From NCBI GenBank assembly GCA_945877575.1, contig CAMDUE010000014.1, positions 5,375-69,374 of the forward strand: a stretch of 64,000 nt of DNA. The letters are read 5' to 3'. A program made the translations under genes and the position numbers. Each line of letters starts with the position of its first letter. Positions within the stretch are counted from its first letter, which is position 1. Positions 40,121 through 49,902 of the stretch are shown piece after piece. The notes beneath the pieces are model-generated. The model was not told the origin of the DNA. It saw only the letters and a list, made by a program, of their open reading frames with translations, and made no database searches. Source of the DNA: Chitinophaga pinensis (GTDB taxonomy: Bacteria; Bacteroidota; Bacteroidia; NS11-12g; UBA955).

Positions 40121-41796
40121 TTTGAGCTTCCTCCTTTCATCAAAACAATTCCGGCCGAAACCCGGTAGAACCAACCTCGCTGATTCAACGTCTCTGGAGC
40201 ATTTACCCATTCCTTTCCCGACTTAAACCGAGTGTCTGAAAAGTCAAATTGATACCCTCCTAAACCTCTAATATAAATCCTCCATATTTGAACGCTCGCA
40301 TCTACAGCCAATTGGTAGGTCGTGAACGGATTGGTTATTTTATCTACTTTATTGAAAGCATAAATTAGTCCAGCAGGTTTATTCAGAGACTTTTGGGCCA
40401 CTGTAACATTTCCAAAAGAAGAACCTTGATACATTCCTATTTGAAAAGGCTTTTCACGATTTGTTCCAATCGTAAATCCAACTTGACCAACCCAACTGCT
40501 CACATTTTCATTGGATTCTAAGAACTTGATTTGAGTGGTGCTAGCGTTATTCATTTGAAATCCAAAATCAACGGTACTCATCTTGTTGGGAGAAAACCAA
40601 TATTCCAAACCAAAGTTCGGTAGCCAACGGCCCTGATCAATTCCTGCATCATTCAAAGTAGTCAATGTTTGTCCCCACAAAGGCCTCATAGAAAACAAAC
40701 TTCCGCCAATACCCATGCCACTAAATTCAGTTTTATTAGCGCTTGAGTTTGACTCGTCGTACTCTTCCTCTTCGTACGCATAATCAACAGCAACGGCGGT
40801 ATCGATGGTCCAATTCTCAATCCAAGAACCAGAATCAATTAAAACTTCCCTTTTTGACAAAACAGGTTCCGCTGGATGAAAAATCTTGAAAATCTTTTGA
40901 TAAGAAAGTACCTCAAAACCGGGTTTTTGAGGCGAGAACGTATCGAAGTAATCCGTATTTGAACTAATCAGAATAATGTGATACCCTTTCCTATTCCATG
41001 AAAGCATATCAGAAACGATGCGCTTTTTTGCTTCATAAAACCTTAAAATACTCGAATTGAATTTTTCTTCATCTTCTCCCAATCTCCCAATATGATTCAA
41101 TAGGTCACGATATAAAATAGATGCATAAACAGGTTGAAGCCGCCTCAATTCGGGCATCCAATCTGACGAATCTACAGCCAAATGTCTAAGTGTATTAATT
41201 TGATCAAATGATACGCTTAAGTCACTGTATGGCTCATCTACCTCACTTGCTTCTTCATCTAAGCCATTTTTGTCATAAGTCAAATCCAAATGCTTGATTT
41301 CAGAGCGCAATGCCTGCACACCCAATAACATAGTGTCAGCTCCTGACAAGGCCGCATGCAGCAATCTGATCTCTTCTCTGGCTGTTTTAGTGCTTCTTTC
41401 TTGCGAATCATCCGGCAATAAAATGATCTTTCTGTTGCCGCCTTTCATCTCTCTTTTTACCCGATACAATTCCTTCATCCAATCCCATAATTCCGTATTC
41501 TCGGGATCAAAAAACAACAGCTGTTTATTGATTTGCACATACAATACTTCATCCGAATCGTTTTTTTGAATCACCGAATTAGCCCAAAATGCAGTCAATA
41601 CATCCAACCGAGTGTATACAACAACTGGCGTTTGCGATGTACTATCTTTCCAAAGTTCATTCAACACAGCCGAGACGTTGGCCTTGGGTGAGCAATCTGT
41701 GCAATTGGGTCTCACAATCACTTGCTCTATTTTTTGAGCCCTCAACGATGTCCACATCCCCAAAAGAGCCAAAAGCAACATTCTTATTTTCATCAA
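40117..41796 (-). CDS. Degenerate paralogue of the downstream gene: inactive-looking N-domain plus C-terminal beta-barrel
   Basis: Signal LRA|Q, segmental similarity to the neighbour without its catalytic motifs, acidic linker, barrel strands ending WFYRVSAGIVL. Confidence 0.55.
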   Translation of the reverse strand: MMKIRMLLLALLGMWTSLRAQKIEQVIVRPNCTDCSPKANVSAVLNELWKDSTSQTPVVVYTRLDVLTAFWANSVIQKNDSDEVLYVQINKQLLFFDPENTELWDWMKELYRVKREMKGGNRKIILLPDDSQERSTKTAREEIRLLHAALSGADTMLLGVQALRSEIKHLDLTYDKNGLDEEASEVDEPYSDLSVSFDQINTLRHLAVDSSDWMPELRRLQPVYASILYRDLLNHIGRLGEDEEKFNSSILRFYEAKKRIVSDMLSWNRKGYHIILISSNTDYFDTFSPQKPGFEVLSYQKIFKIFHPAEPVLSKREVLIDSGSWIENWTIDTAVAVDYAYEEEEYDESNSSANKTEFSGMGIGGSLFSMRPLWGQTLTTLNDAGIDQGRWLPNFGLEYWFSPNKMSTVDFGFQMNNASTTQIKFLESNENVSSWVGQVGFTIGTNREKPFQIGMYQGSSFGNVTVAQKSLNKPAGLIYAFNKVDKITNPFTTYQLAVDASVQIWRIYIRGLGGYQFDFSDTRFKSGKEWVNAPETLNQRGWFYRVSAGIVLMKGGSSK

Positions 41797-42680
41797 ACAA
41801 TATTTAAAACTTGTTCCTTAATCTGTTCTAATTTTTCTTTCATTCCTACAACCGCTTGCTGCATAGGAAAGAAATTACTTTTTACGCCCATGGTATTCAT
41901 TTCCCGGCCCATTTCTTGGGATATAAAATTCAATTTCCTCCCTTTGGGTTCCGATTTCAACGACTGTCTGAAAAAATCAATGTGCTGTCCCAGTCGCTGC
42001 TTCTCTTCGGCAATGTCGTATTTGTCTAAATAAATGAGAACTTCTTGCTCCAACCTATTCTGATCAATGGCATCTTGGGAAATGTGTTCCAAAACATTCC
42101 CATAAACTCGTTCTCTGATTGCTTCTCTTCTGTCGCCTTCATATCCCTCAACCACAAAAAGATCAGATTCGATGGAATTCAAAAACTCCGTCAATTTTTT
42201 GGCCGTGGCTTGTCCTTCGGTCTGTCTAAACTTGTCCAACTCTAGAGCGGCCATCTTGGTAACATCAATAATGTGCTGTTTGGTTTCTGAGGATATTTCT
42301 CTCTCGCCCATTCCAATCAAATCAGGCAACTTCAATATTTCCCGCATTGGATCGTGCAATTCAACACCCAACTCGTTCGATAAACTTTTAAGTGCGGTCA
42401 AATAATTTTGAGCCGCATCAAAATTGATCACTATTTCTTGGTTTTCGCTAGACGGTTTCAACCACTTTATTTGGTAGGTAACGGACAAAGTTCCCCTTTC
42501 TAAAAGCTCTGATAACATCCGCCGCATTGGCGCATCCAAGTCAGCAAAAACTCTGGGCAACCGAATATCCGCCTCCAAGTATTTGCCATTCAATGATTTA
42601 ATCTCACATGTGATCTTAACCGCCTCATTTTCAAATTGCGCCCTACCGAAACCGGTCATGCTCTTCATCGTTACTGTCAT
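41793..42680 (-). CDS. yicC: YicC/YloC family endoribonuclease
   Basis: MKSMTGFGRA, EIKSLNGKYLE, DIAEEKQRL, GRKLNFISQEMGREMNTMGVK, EQIKEQVLNI. A promoter box at 42698-42691 favours a start at 42680 or 42668. Confidence 0.92.
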   Translation of the reverse strand: MTVTMKSMTGFGRAQFENEAVKITCEIKSLNGKYLEADIRLPRVFADLDAPMRRMLSELLERGTLSVTYQIKWLKPSSENQEIVINFDAAQNYLTALKSLSNELGVELHDPMREILKLPDLIGMGEREISSETKQHIIDVTKMAALELDKFRQTEGQATAKKLTEFLNSIESDLFVVEGYEGDRREAIRERVYGNVLEHISQDAIDQNRLEQEVLIYLDKYDIAEEKQRLGQHIDFFRQSLKSEPKGRKLNFISQEMGREMNTMGVKSNFFPMQQAVVGMKEKLEQIKEQVLNIV

Positions 42681-42775
42681 AGGAATCATTCGAAATTATG
42701 CATTCCCATCGAATATATTCCACAGAATCAACGAATTTCACAGAAACTCCGTTCTTAATTGGTTAATTTTGTAGC

Positions 42776-43765
42776 ATGTTTGCTCGGACATTGTTTTTTT
42801 GGGGGATGCCCTTAGCGCTCACCTTCACCGCCTGCACCAACAACCCTAAATCTGTCGAACCTATTGAAACTCCAAAACTTCTTGCGGAAGTAAAATCAAA
42901 TTTCAGCGAAGACTCTGCCTATTCATACCTTCAGAAGCAGGTTTCATTTGGTTATAGAATTCCAGGTACTCCCGAACATTTAAATTGCGCCAACTGGTTA
43001 TTCAGTGAACTGCAGCGTCACGGAACCACAGCGCAAATCCAAAAAGGCAGCACAACCACCTTCGACGGTAAAAAAATACCGGTTTACAACGTCATAGGCA
43101 GCATAAATCCAGAAGCAAAAAAACGCATTTTATTTGCAGCACATTGGGATACTCGCCCTTTTGCAGATCAAGACCCCAACAATCAAACCCAACCCATTTA
43201 TGGAGCAAACGACGGTGCCAGCGGCGTTGGAGTTCTCCTTGAATTAGCCAGAATCCTCAAAAAACAACCCGCAGATAGTTCCATTGGAATAGATATCATT
43301 TTCTTCGACGCGGAAGATTGGGGCAAATCGGAAGTTGAAAACTCCTTCTGCTTAGGTAGTCAATATTGGGCAAAAAATCTTCACAAACCCAACTATACCG
43401 CCAATTTTGGCGTCCTCCTTGACATGGTAGGTGGTAAAAATGCTCAATTCCTGTGGGAAGGCAACAGCAACGAATGGGGTAATTTTGCGCTCTCACACAT
43501 TTGGACCATCGCTCAGGAACTGGGTCACTCAAACTACTTCCTAACACAAACTACGGGTGCAATCATTGATGATCATTTTTATGTTCATCAAGGCACCAAT
43601 ATCCCAATGATAGACATCATTGACTACAATTCTCAACGCGGTTTTCCTGAAACCTGGCATACCCTCAATGACAACATTGAAAACATCGACAAAAACACAC
43701 TCAAAGCAGTGGGTTCTACCCTTGAAAATCTCGTTCACACCCCCCCTACAAGCATACACTACTAA
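42776..43765 (+). CDS. M28-family lipoprotein, probable glutaminyl cyclase
   Basis: Lipobox FTAC; AHWDTR, GANDGASGV, DAEDWG, LDMVG, DDH, WHT. Confidence 0.8.
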   Translation: MFARTLFFWGMPLALTFTACTNNPKSVEPIETPKLLAEVKSNFSEDSAYSYLQKQVSFGYRIPGTPEHLNCANWLFSELQRHGTTAQIQKGSTTTFDGKKIPVYNVIGSINPEAKKRILFAAHWDTRPFADQDPNNQTQPIYGANDGASGVGVLLELARILKKQPADSSIGIDIIFFDAEDWGKSEVENSFCLGSQYWAKNLHKPNYTANFGVLLDMVGGKNAQFLWEGNSNEWGNFALSHIWTIAQELGHSNYFLTQTTGAIIDDHFYVHQGTNIPMIDIIDYNSQRGFPETWHTLNDNIENIDKNTLKAVGSTLENLVHTPPTSIHY

Positions 43766-44487
43766 TGAACGTTGATATTCTAGCCTTCGGTGCTCACCCA
43801 GACGATGTTGAATTATCGTGCAGTGGCACATTGATTAAAAGCATCAAAAGTGGCAAAACTGTTGGGTTAATCGATCTAACACGCGGCGAATTAGGCAGTC
43901 GAGGCACCGCCGAAATTCGCGATATAGAAGGCCAAAATAGCGCAAAAATCATGGGGGCCTCGTTTCGCAAGGCGCTCACTTTTCAAGATGGTTTTTTTGA
44001 AACCAACGAAGAAAGTTTGCTTAAAATCATTCAAATTATCAGAACCCATAAACCCGAAATAATATTAGCCAATACCCCTTCAGACAGACACCCTGACCAT
44101 GGTAGAGGTTCAGAATTGGTAAAAAGAGCTAGTTTTTTGGCCGGTTTGAATAAGATCCAAACCATTGGCGATAACGGTGAAGTGCAAAATCCACACAGAC
44201 CAAAATCCGTATTCTTTTATATCCAAGATAGACATCTTCAACCTGATTTTGTGGTTGACATTTCTGATGAATTCAATCAAAAAGCAAATTGTATCAAAGC
44301 CTTCAAGAGTCAATTTTATGACCCCAACAGCAATGAACCCGAAACACCCATCAGCAGTGAAGAGTTTTGGAATTTTATTGAAGGTCGTGCCCGTGAGTTT
44401 GGAAGGCCCATTTCTGCTAAATATGGCGAAGGCTTCATCTCCGAAAAAGGCCTTTTAGGAGTAAATCAACTGTTTGATATATTTTAA
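43765..44487 (+). CDS. bshB1: Bacillithiol biosynthesis deacetylase
   Basis: AFGAHPDDVEL, DLTRGELGSRG, DRHPDH, SQFYDPNSNEPETPIS. Confidence 0.9.
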   Translation: MNVDILAFGAHPDDVELSCSGTLIKSIKSGKTVGLIDLTRGELGSRGTAEIRDIEGQNSAKIMGASFRKALTFQDGFFETNEESLLKIIQIIRTHKPEIILANTPSDRHPDHGRGSELVKRASFLAGLNKIQTIGDNGEVQNPHRPKSVFFYIQDRHLQPDFVVDISDEFNQKANCIKAFKSQFYDPNSNEPETPISSEEFWNFIEGRAREFGRPISAKYGEGFISEKGLLGVNQLFDIF

Positions 44488-44515
44488 TTTAATATTCGTT
44501 TATTAACTTCGCTTT

Positions 44516-45874
44516 ATGCTCTCTCGATTTTTCTTTGCTCTTGCCCTTTTGATGAGCCCCTCAATTTGGGCACAAAAGATCAGTACAGAGAAATTAAGTA
44601 GAATAAAACCCATTGTCATTCAAGAGCACCCTACTGAAAAGGAAGACAACGTAATCTTCCTGCCCATGTACTTTTCGTCCTCCCACTTTTTAGATCCCAA
44701 CATCAAATTCACCGTACCAAAAGGCAAGGCCGTTATGAGTGTGCATTTGGTCTATACCCGTTTTCGAGTGGTGGATACCTTCGATCAGAGCAGTTTAAAT
44801 AAAAAGCGCTTTGATAATTTGTATAAAGTAGCTCCTCAATTGTTTGACAGCGACTCCATTGTTTGGAGAGTTTTTGAACAGAAAAAAGCCAAAACCGAAA
44901 AGGATGCACGCAGTATGTACCACGGATTTGTGATTTTTTTACGTGAGCCACCCAAAACTGAAGATGTAAGCAAAGAAATCAACCTATTGTATAGAATTTT
45001 GATGGATTTTAAGGATACAATCATTTCAGTTCCTGATCAGATTCTCTATAAAAAACGAAAGCGTTACGTAGAAACGGGTAGATATCTTCCGCGTAGCTAT
45101 GCAAAAATGAAAGAAGGCATTCGCTATGAAAGTAGGTCTATTTGGTTCAGAGAGCCTGAAACTCGCATGGTGATTGATAGCGTTCCAAGAAAAACCATCA
45201 AAGGATACAAGAAAAAAGTGGGAATGTACAACGGAAGTCTCCTCAGAAACACCCATGAATACGATGCACTTTCAAACAAAAAATATACTGGCAAATGGCT
45301 TGTTGTAGCTGATGTAACTGGATCCATGGCGCCGTTTAACGCACAGGTTTTAGCTTTTATCAGACAGAATCAAGACTTAAGGCAAAAATCGAACTTTTCC
45401 TTCTTCAATGACGGTGATGGTGCGCCACAAATGATCAAAAGAATAGGATCATCTGGGGGTATTTATACTTGCAAAAATAATCATTTCGACAGCATTTATA
45501 AAACCGTGACTTTAGCCATGAAAAACGGCAACGGCGGAGATATCCCCGAAAACAACATAGAAGCTGTTCTTGTTTCACTCAAAAAATGGGAAAATGTTGA
45601 CACTGTGCTCATGATTGCAGATGCTAAAGCCCCCATCAAAGATTATTCCCTCATTCAATATCTAAAAAAACCAGTGAGTATCTTACTGTGCGGCGATGTG
45701 AATGGAAACGTTCCCCTTGATTATTGGAATTTGGCCCTAAAAACCGGCGGCTCAATTTTGAGGTCAGACGGTGAAATCAGAAACCTAAAACGCATTAAAC
45801 TAGGAGATATTATTGAATTGGGAAAATACACCTACAAGTTGACTCCAATGGGCTTGATTCTTGTCAACGATTAA
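44516..45874 (+). CDS. Secreted protein with C-terminal vWA-like domain
   Basis: Signal IWA|Q, MIDAS-like DVTGSM, FFNDGD, GGDIPENNIEA, IAD, LALKTGGS. Confidence 0.65.
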   Translation: MLSRFFFALALLMSPSIWAQKISTEKLSRIKPIVIQEHPTEKEDNVIFLPMYFSSSHFLDPNIKFTVPKGKAVMSVHLVYTRFRVVDTFDQSSLNKKRFDNLYKVAPQLFDSDSIVWRVFEQKKAKTEKDARSMYHGFVIFLREPPKTEDVSKEINLLYRILMDFKDTIISVPDQILYKKRKRYVETGRYLPRSYAKMKEGIRYESRSIWFREPETRMVIDSVPRKTIKGYKKKVGMYNGSLLRNTHEYDALSNKKYTGKWLVVADVTGSMAPFNAQVLAFIRQNQDLRQKSNFSFFNDGDGAPQMIKRIGSSGGIYTCKNNHFDSIYKTVTLAMKNGNGGDIPENNIEAVLVSLKKWENVDTVLMIADAKAPIKDYSLIQYLKKPVSILLCGDVNGNVPLDYWNLALKTGGSILRSDGEIRNLKRIKLGDIIELGKYTYKLTPMGLILVND

Positions 45875-45939
45875 ATATTGCTTCTGACAATTGTAATAAA
45901 ATCGTAGTTTGAGCCGGTATCATTATCTAATTTTGCACC

Positions 45940-46953
45940 ATGATTGAAACCGATATCCTCATTATTGGTGCCGGACCAGTTGGCCTTTTCACCGTTTTCG
46001 AAGCGGGACTTCTAAAACTTCGTTGCCACATCATTGACGTGCTCCCTCAACCCGGCGGACAATTATCGGAAATTTATCCCAAGAAACCCATCTACGACAT
46101 CCCTGGCTTCCCTGAAGTGTTAGCCGGTGACTTGATTGATAATCTAATCAAACAAATTGAACCCTTTAAGCCTACCTACACCTTAGGCGAAAAAGCAGTA
46201 TCGATAGAAAAACACGATGATTTAAATTTCATTGTGACCACTGATTCTGGAAAGCAGCACAAAGCACCAAACATATTTATTGCCGGTGGCTTAGGAGTTT
46301 TTGAACCGCGTAAACCGCCCATTTCAAACATCAACGAACTCGAAAACAAGGGCGTTGATTACATGGTTCGCGACCCTGAAAAATACAGAAATAAAAACAT
46401 CGTGATTGCTGGTGGTGGTGACAGTGCCTTAGATTGGACCATTTTCCTGAAAGACGTAGCAAAATCTGTAACTATTGTTCATCGAAGCGGAGAATTTAGA
46501 GGCCACCTCGATTCCGTTCAAAAAGTCATTGATTCCAGCGAAAAAGGGGAGCTCACGCTTAAAACCTTCGCTGAAGTTACTTCGTTAAAACCAGACGAAA
46601 ACGGCAATTTAACTTCTGTAGGTTTGACCATCAAAGATCAACCCGACACCCTTTGGATTGACACAGATTACTTCTTGCCTTTGTTTGGACTATCACCCAA
46701 ATTGGGTCCCATTGCAGACTGGAAATTAAACATAGACAAAAACGCCATTGCAGTGAACACTATTGATTATTCCACGAACATTCCAGGAATTTATGCCGTG
46801 GGAGACATCAATACCTATGAAGGTAAATTAAAATTGATTCTTTGTGGATTCCATGAAACAACCATCGCTGTGCAAAGTGCTTTTAAACGCATTTATCCAG
46901 ACAAAAAATTGGTTCTGAAATACACCACTGTGAACGGAGTAAATGGTTTTTAA
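45940..46953 (+). CDS. Ferredoxin--NADP(+) reductase (TrxB-like, YumC type)
   Basis: IIGAGPVGL, GGQL..IYPKKPIYDIPG, GGGDSALDW, GDI..Y.GKLKLI. No CxxC. Confidence 0.88.
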   Translation: MIETDILIIGAGPVGLFTVFEAGLLKLRCHIIDVLPQPGGQLSEIYPKKPIYDIPGFPEVLAGDLIDNLIKQIEPFKPTYTLGEKAVSIEKHDDLNFIVTTDSGKQHKAPNIFIAGGLGVFEPRKPPISNINELENKGVDYMVRDPEKYRNKNIVIAGGGDSALDWTIFLKDVAKSVTIVHRSGEFRGHLDSVQKVIDSSEKGELTLKTFAEVTSLKPDENGNLTSVGLTIKDQPDTLWIDTDYFLPLFGLSPKLGPIADWKLNIDKNAIAVNTIDYSTNIPGIYAVGDINTYEGKLKLILCGFHETTIAVQSAFKRIYPDKKLVLKYTTVNGVNGF

Positions 46954-46959
46954 ATCCCT

Positions 46960-47604
46960 ATGATCAAACGCATTTTTAAATTCTTAATTACACTTTGGCT
47001 CATCAGTTTATTGCCTGTAATTCTGTATAAATGGATCAATCCACCGTTTACATTGATTCAGTGGTCTCAAAGTGACCTGCATACCTATGATGGAGAATGG
47101 CTGGACATAGAGCAAATTCCTGATCACTTCGAATTAGCTGCTTTGGCAGGTGAAGATCAGCTGTTTTTTGATCACAGCGGCTTTGACTTCAAGGCTATTT
47201 CCAACGCAGTCAAACACAATGCTCAAGGCAAACGCATCAGGGGTGGCAGCACCATTTCTCAGCAAACCGCAAAAAATGTCTTTTGTTGGGAGGGACGCAG
47301 TTACCTGAGAAAAGCCATTGAAGCATATTACACGCTTTGGATAGAATTAATCTGGGGCAAAAAAAGAATTTTGGAAGTTTATTTAAACGTCATTGAGATG
47401 GGTCGAGGTGCCTTTGGAATTGATGAAGCGGCCCATTACTATTACAATAAAAGCGGCACCGAGCTGAGTAGAAAACAAAGCATTGCCATTATTTCCATGC
47501 TTCCCTGTCCAAGAACTTGCGGCAAAAACCACCCACTTGCTCGCAGAAGACAATATCTCATTGATGTTGCCATGAGAAAGTACGGACTTAAACTTTCGTA
47601 TTAA
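46960..47604 (+). CDS. mtgA: Monofunctional peptidoglycan transglycosylase
   Basis: EDQLFFDHSGFD, RGGSTISQQTAKN, RKAIE, KKRILEVYLN. Confidence 0.93.
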   Translation: MIKRIFKFLITLWLISLLPVILYKWINPPFTLIQWSQSDLHTYDGEWLDIEQIPDHFELAALAGEDQLFFDHSGFDFKAISNAVKHNAQGKRIRGGSTISQQTAKNVFCWEGRSYLRKAIEAYYTLWIELIWGKKRILEVYLNVIEMGRGAFGIDEAAHYYYNKSGTELSRKQSIAIISMLPCPRTCGKNHPLARRRQYLIDVAMRKYGLKLSY

Positions 47605-47653
47605 TGTGATTTTTGTCATTTTATTTGTGGATTGAAATAATTAATTTTGCTTC

Positions 47654-48058
47654 ATGAGGTTCAAAAAATCATCTTCGTATTCGAACAAATGGTTTGCCTC
47701 AATGCTATTATTCGCTTTGTTTTTCCAAAGTTTGATACAACTTTTTCATATCATTCACTTTGAATTCAATAAAGATGAAATCATTAAAACCAGTTGCGTG
47801 CAGAGATACGCCGTAAAAAACTGTTGCCAAGGATCTTGCCACATAAATACTAAACTAAACGTCTCAAAAACATCAGAAGGCACAGAATCTGAAGTACAAC
47901 CTACCATTGTATTTCCCGAAGTTTTTTGCGAAAAACAATACAAAAAACAAATTCCATCAGATTTTTTTTCTGTGAGGTTGTTCACTTCAAAAAATGTTTA
48001 CTTCAAAACCAGTCTACTAAGCAATATAGACCCACCCCCACCTAAGTGTTTTTCTTGA
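47654..48058 (+). CDS. Small Cys-rich membrane-targeted leader protein ending in PPPP (DUF2946/CutF-like architecture)
   Basis: N-terminal hydrophobic segment, C-x8-CCxGxCH, C-terminal IDPPPPKCFS. First gene before mbnP; TAATTTTG box 4 nt upstream. Confidence 0.7.
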   Translation: MRFKKSSSYSNKWFASMLLFALFFQSLIQLFHIIHFEFNKDEIIKTSCVQRYAVKNCCQGSCHINTKLNVSKTSEGTESEVQPTIVFPEVFCEKQYKKQIPSDFFSVRLFTSKNVYFKTSLLSNIDPPPPKCFS

Positions 48059-48110
48059 TTTCGGATCCCCGCGCAATTGACGGGTCATTTAATTGCAATC
48101 TAAAACATTA
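48043..48110 (+). promoter_or_regulatory. Predicted RNA structure pairing the leader ORF's last codons with the mbnP initiation region
   Basis: TAA(G)TGTTTT 48043-52 pairs with AAAACATTA 48102-10; GATT 48057-60 with AATC 48097-100; GCAATTGA 48073-80 with TTAATTGC 48089-96. Confidence 0.5.
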
Positions 48111-48114
48111 AATC

Positions 48115-48894
48115 ATGAAAAACACCATTATTTGGTTGTCTCGTGCTACCCTTTGGGCAGCCTTGACCATTATCGCTTTACCATTGTTATTTTCTTCATG
48201 TACAGAAGAAGAAAAACCCAATAATTCTCCTAAAGTAGGAAACCTAACCATTGAAATTGATCATGTTTGGGGAATGGATCAAAAACCATTCCTCATGAAC
48301 ACCCCAATTGTACATCCTATGTCGGGCGATACCATGACCTTCAGTCTCATTAAATATTATTTATCAAACTTTGAGTTAATTAAGGCCGACGGCTCTTCCT
48401 ACAAAGTACCAAATTCCTACTTTTTAGTGAGCGAAACCGACAATAAAATTGAACTAAAAAATATCCCAATGGGTGAATATACCGCAGTAAATTTTTTAGT
48501 AGGTGTAGATAGCGCTGCCAACAACAGTGGTTTACAACAAGGAGCATTAAATCCATCAAACGGAATGTTTTGGAGTTGGTCAACTGGATACATTTTTATT
48601 CGAGTTGAGGGAACATCCCCGCAAGCTAAAAACAATACCTTTCTTTTTCATTTAGGAGGATACATTCCACCCTACAGTGCAATTCAAAAGAAAAACATGA
48701 TTCTTGGAGGAAACAGTGTTTCTATAAAGCCAGATGCAGCTCCCGTTTTACACATCAAAACCAATGTTGCCAGATTGTGGCATGGGCCTGTAAAACTAGC
48801 CGATGTAAGCGTAGTGCATAGCATCAGTGATTTATCTGTTTCAATGTCTGCGAACTTTCGTGACGGAATACTTTTTGACCATATTCATCAATAA
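48115..48894 (+). CDS. mbnP: MbnP-family copper-binding lipoprotein
   Basis: Lipobox FSSC; KYYLSNFEL, F.VGVDS..N, GMFWSWSTGYIF (WxW), FHLGG. Confidence 0.85.
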   Translation: MKNTIIWLSRATLWAALTIIALPLLFSSCTEEEKPNNSPKVGNLTIEIDHVWGMDQKPFLMNTPIVHPMSGDTMTFSLIKYYLSNFELIKADGSSYKVPNSYFLVSETDNKIELKNIPMGEYTAVNFLVGVDSAANNSGLQQGALNPSNGMFWSWSTGYIFIRVEGTSPQAKNNTFLFHLGGYIPPYSAIQKKNMILGGNSVSIKPDAAPVLHIKTNVARLWHGPVKLADVSVVHSISDLSVSMSANFRDGILFDHIHQ

Positions 48895-48897
48895 ATA

Positions 48898-49902
48898 ATG
48901 AATGCCCTATCGTTAAAAGGGTTAACTAACGGCAGAATATTACTTTTGGTTTTTATTCTGCCGTTAATTGAAACTAGTTGTCAAAAAAACGCTACTGATT
49001 CAGAATTTAAATTTCCCGCTGATTTCCCGTCAATACAATATAAAAATTTAGAAAATCAACTAACTCCACAAAAAATACATCTCGGAAGAGTCCTCTTTTA
49101 CGACCCCAATCTATCGTCTACCAGAACCATTTCATGCGGCAGTTGTCATGCCCAAGTACATGGATTTGCAGATCATAATCTACCTAAGAGTTTTGGCGTA
49201 CATAATCGCATAGGTATGAGAAATAGTCCGGCACTTCAAAATTTGGCTTGGAATACGCATTTTATGTGGGACGGAGGCATAACCCATCTTGATGTAATGC
49301 CCATTGCCCCCATTACCGATGTAAACGAAATGGATCTTCCTCTGGGAGAAGCTATAGAAAGAATAAGAGAGAACAAACAGTATCTTAATTTATTCAAAAA
49401 AGCATACGGTGACACCATCATAAACGAGAAAACCGTGCTCTTTGCTCTTTCTCAATTTATGCTAACGTTGGTCTCAGATCAAAGTAAATATGATGATGTT
49501 CGACGTGGAAAAACAAATTTCAATCAAATTGAATCCAAAGGCTACCAAGTCTTTAAAAATCATTGCGTTAAATGTCACTCTGAACCCCTACTAACAAACA
49601 ACCAAATGGAATACAACGGTTTGACAGTAAAATCAAAAGACTTGGGAAGATTTAGAATTACACAAACACTGAAAGATACCTTTCACTTTAAAGTCCCTAG
49701 TTTAAGAAATGTTGCTTTAACCTATCCTTACATGCATGATGGATCCTTTTCTAATTTAGATCAAGTATTGAAAGCCTATCAAACAAAATTTCAACTTGAA
49801 AATCATGACCTAGAAGCCCTGAGAGCTTTTTTAAATTCTCTAACTGACCATAAATTTATTTCCAATTTAAACCATGCAGAAATTCATCCCTTCAATCCAT
49901 AA
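48898..49902 (+). CDS. mbnH: Di-heme cytochrome c peroxidase-family protein (MbnH-like)
   Basis: LGRVLFYDPNLS, CGSCH, RNSPAL.N, FMWDG, CVKCH, FKVPSLRNV..T.PYMHDG. Adjacent to mbnP. Confidence 0.85.
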   Translation: MNALSLKGLTNGRILLLVFILPLIETSCQKNATDSEFKFPADFPSIQYKNLENQLTPQKIHLGRVLFYDPNLSSTRTISCGSCHAQVHGFADHNLPKSFGVHNRIGMRNSPALQNLAWNTHFMWDGGITHLDVMPIAPITDVNEMDLPLGEAIERIRENKQYLNLFKKAYGDTIINEKTVLFALSQFMLTLVSDQSKYDDVRRGKTNFNQIESKGYQVFKNHCVKCHSEPLLTNNQMEYNGLTVKSKDLGRFRITQTLKDTFHFKVPSLRNVALTYPYMHDGSFSNLDQVLKAYQTKFQLENHDLEALRAFLNSLTDHKFISNLNHAEIHPFNP

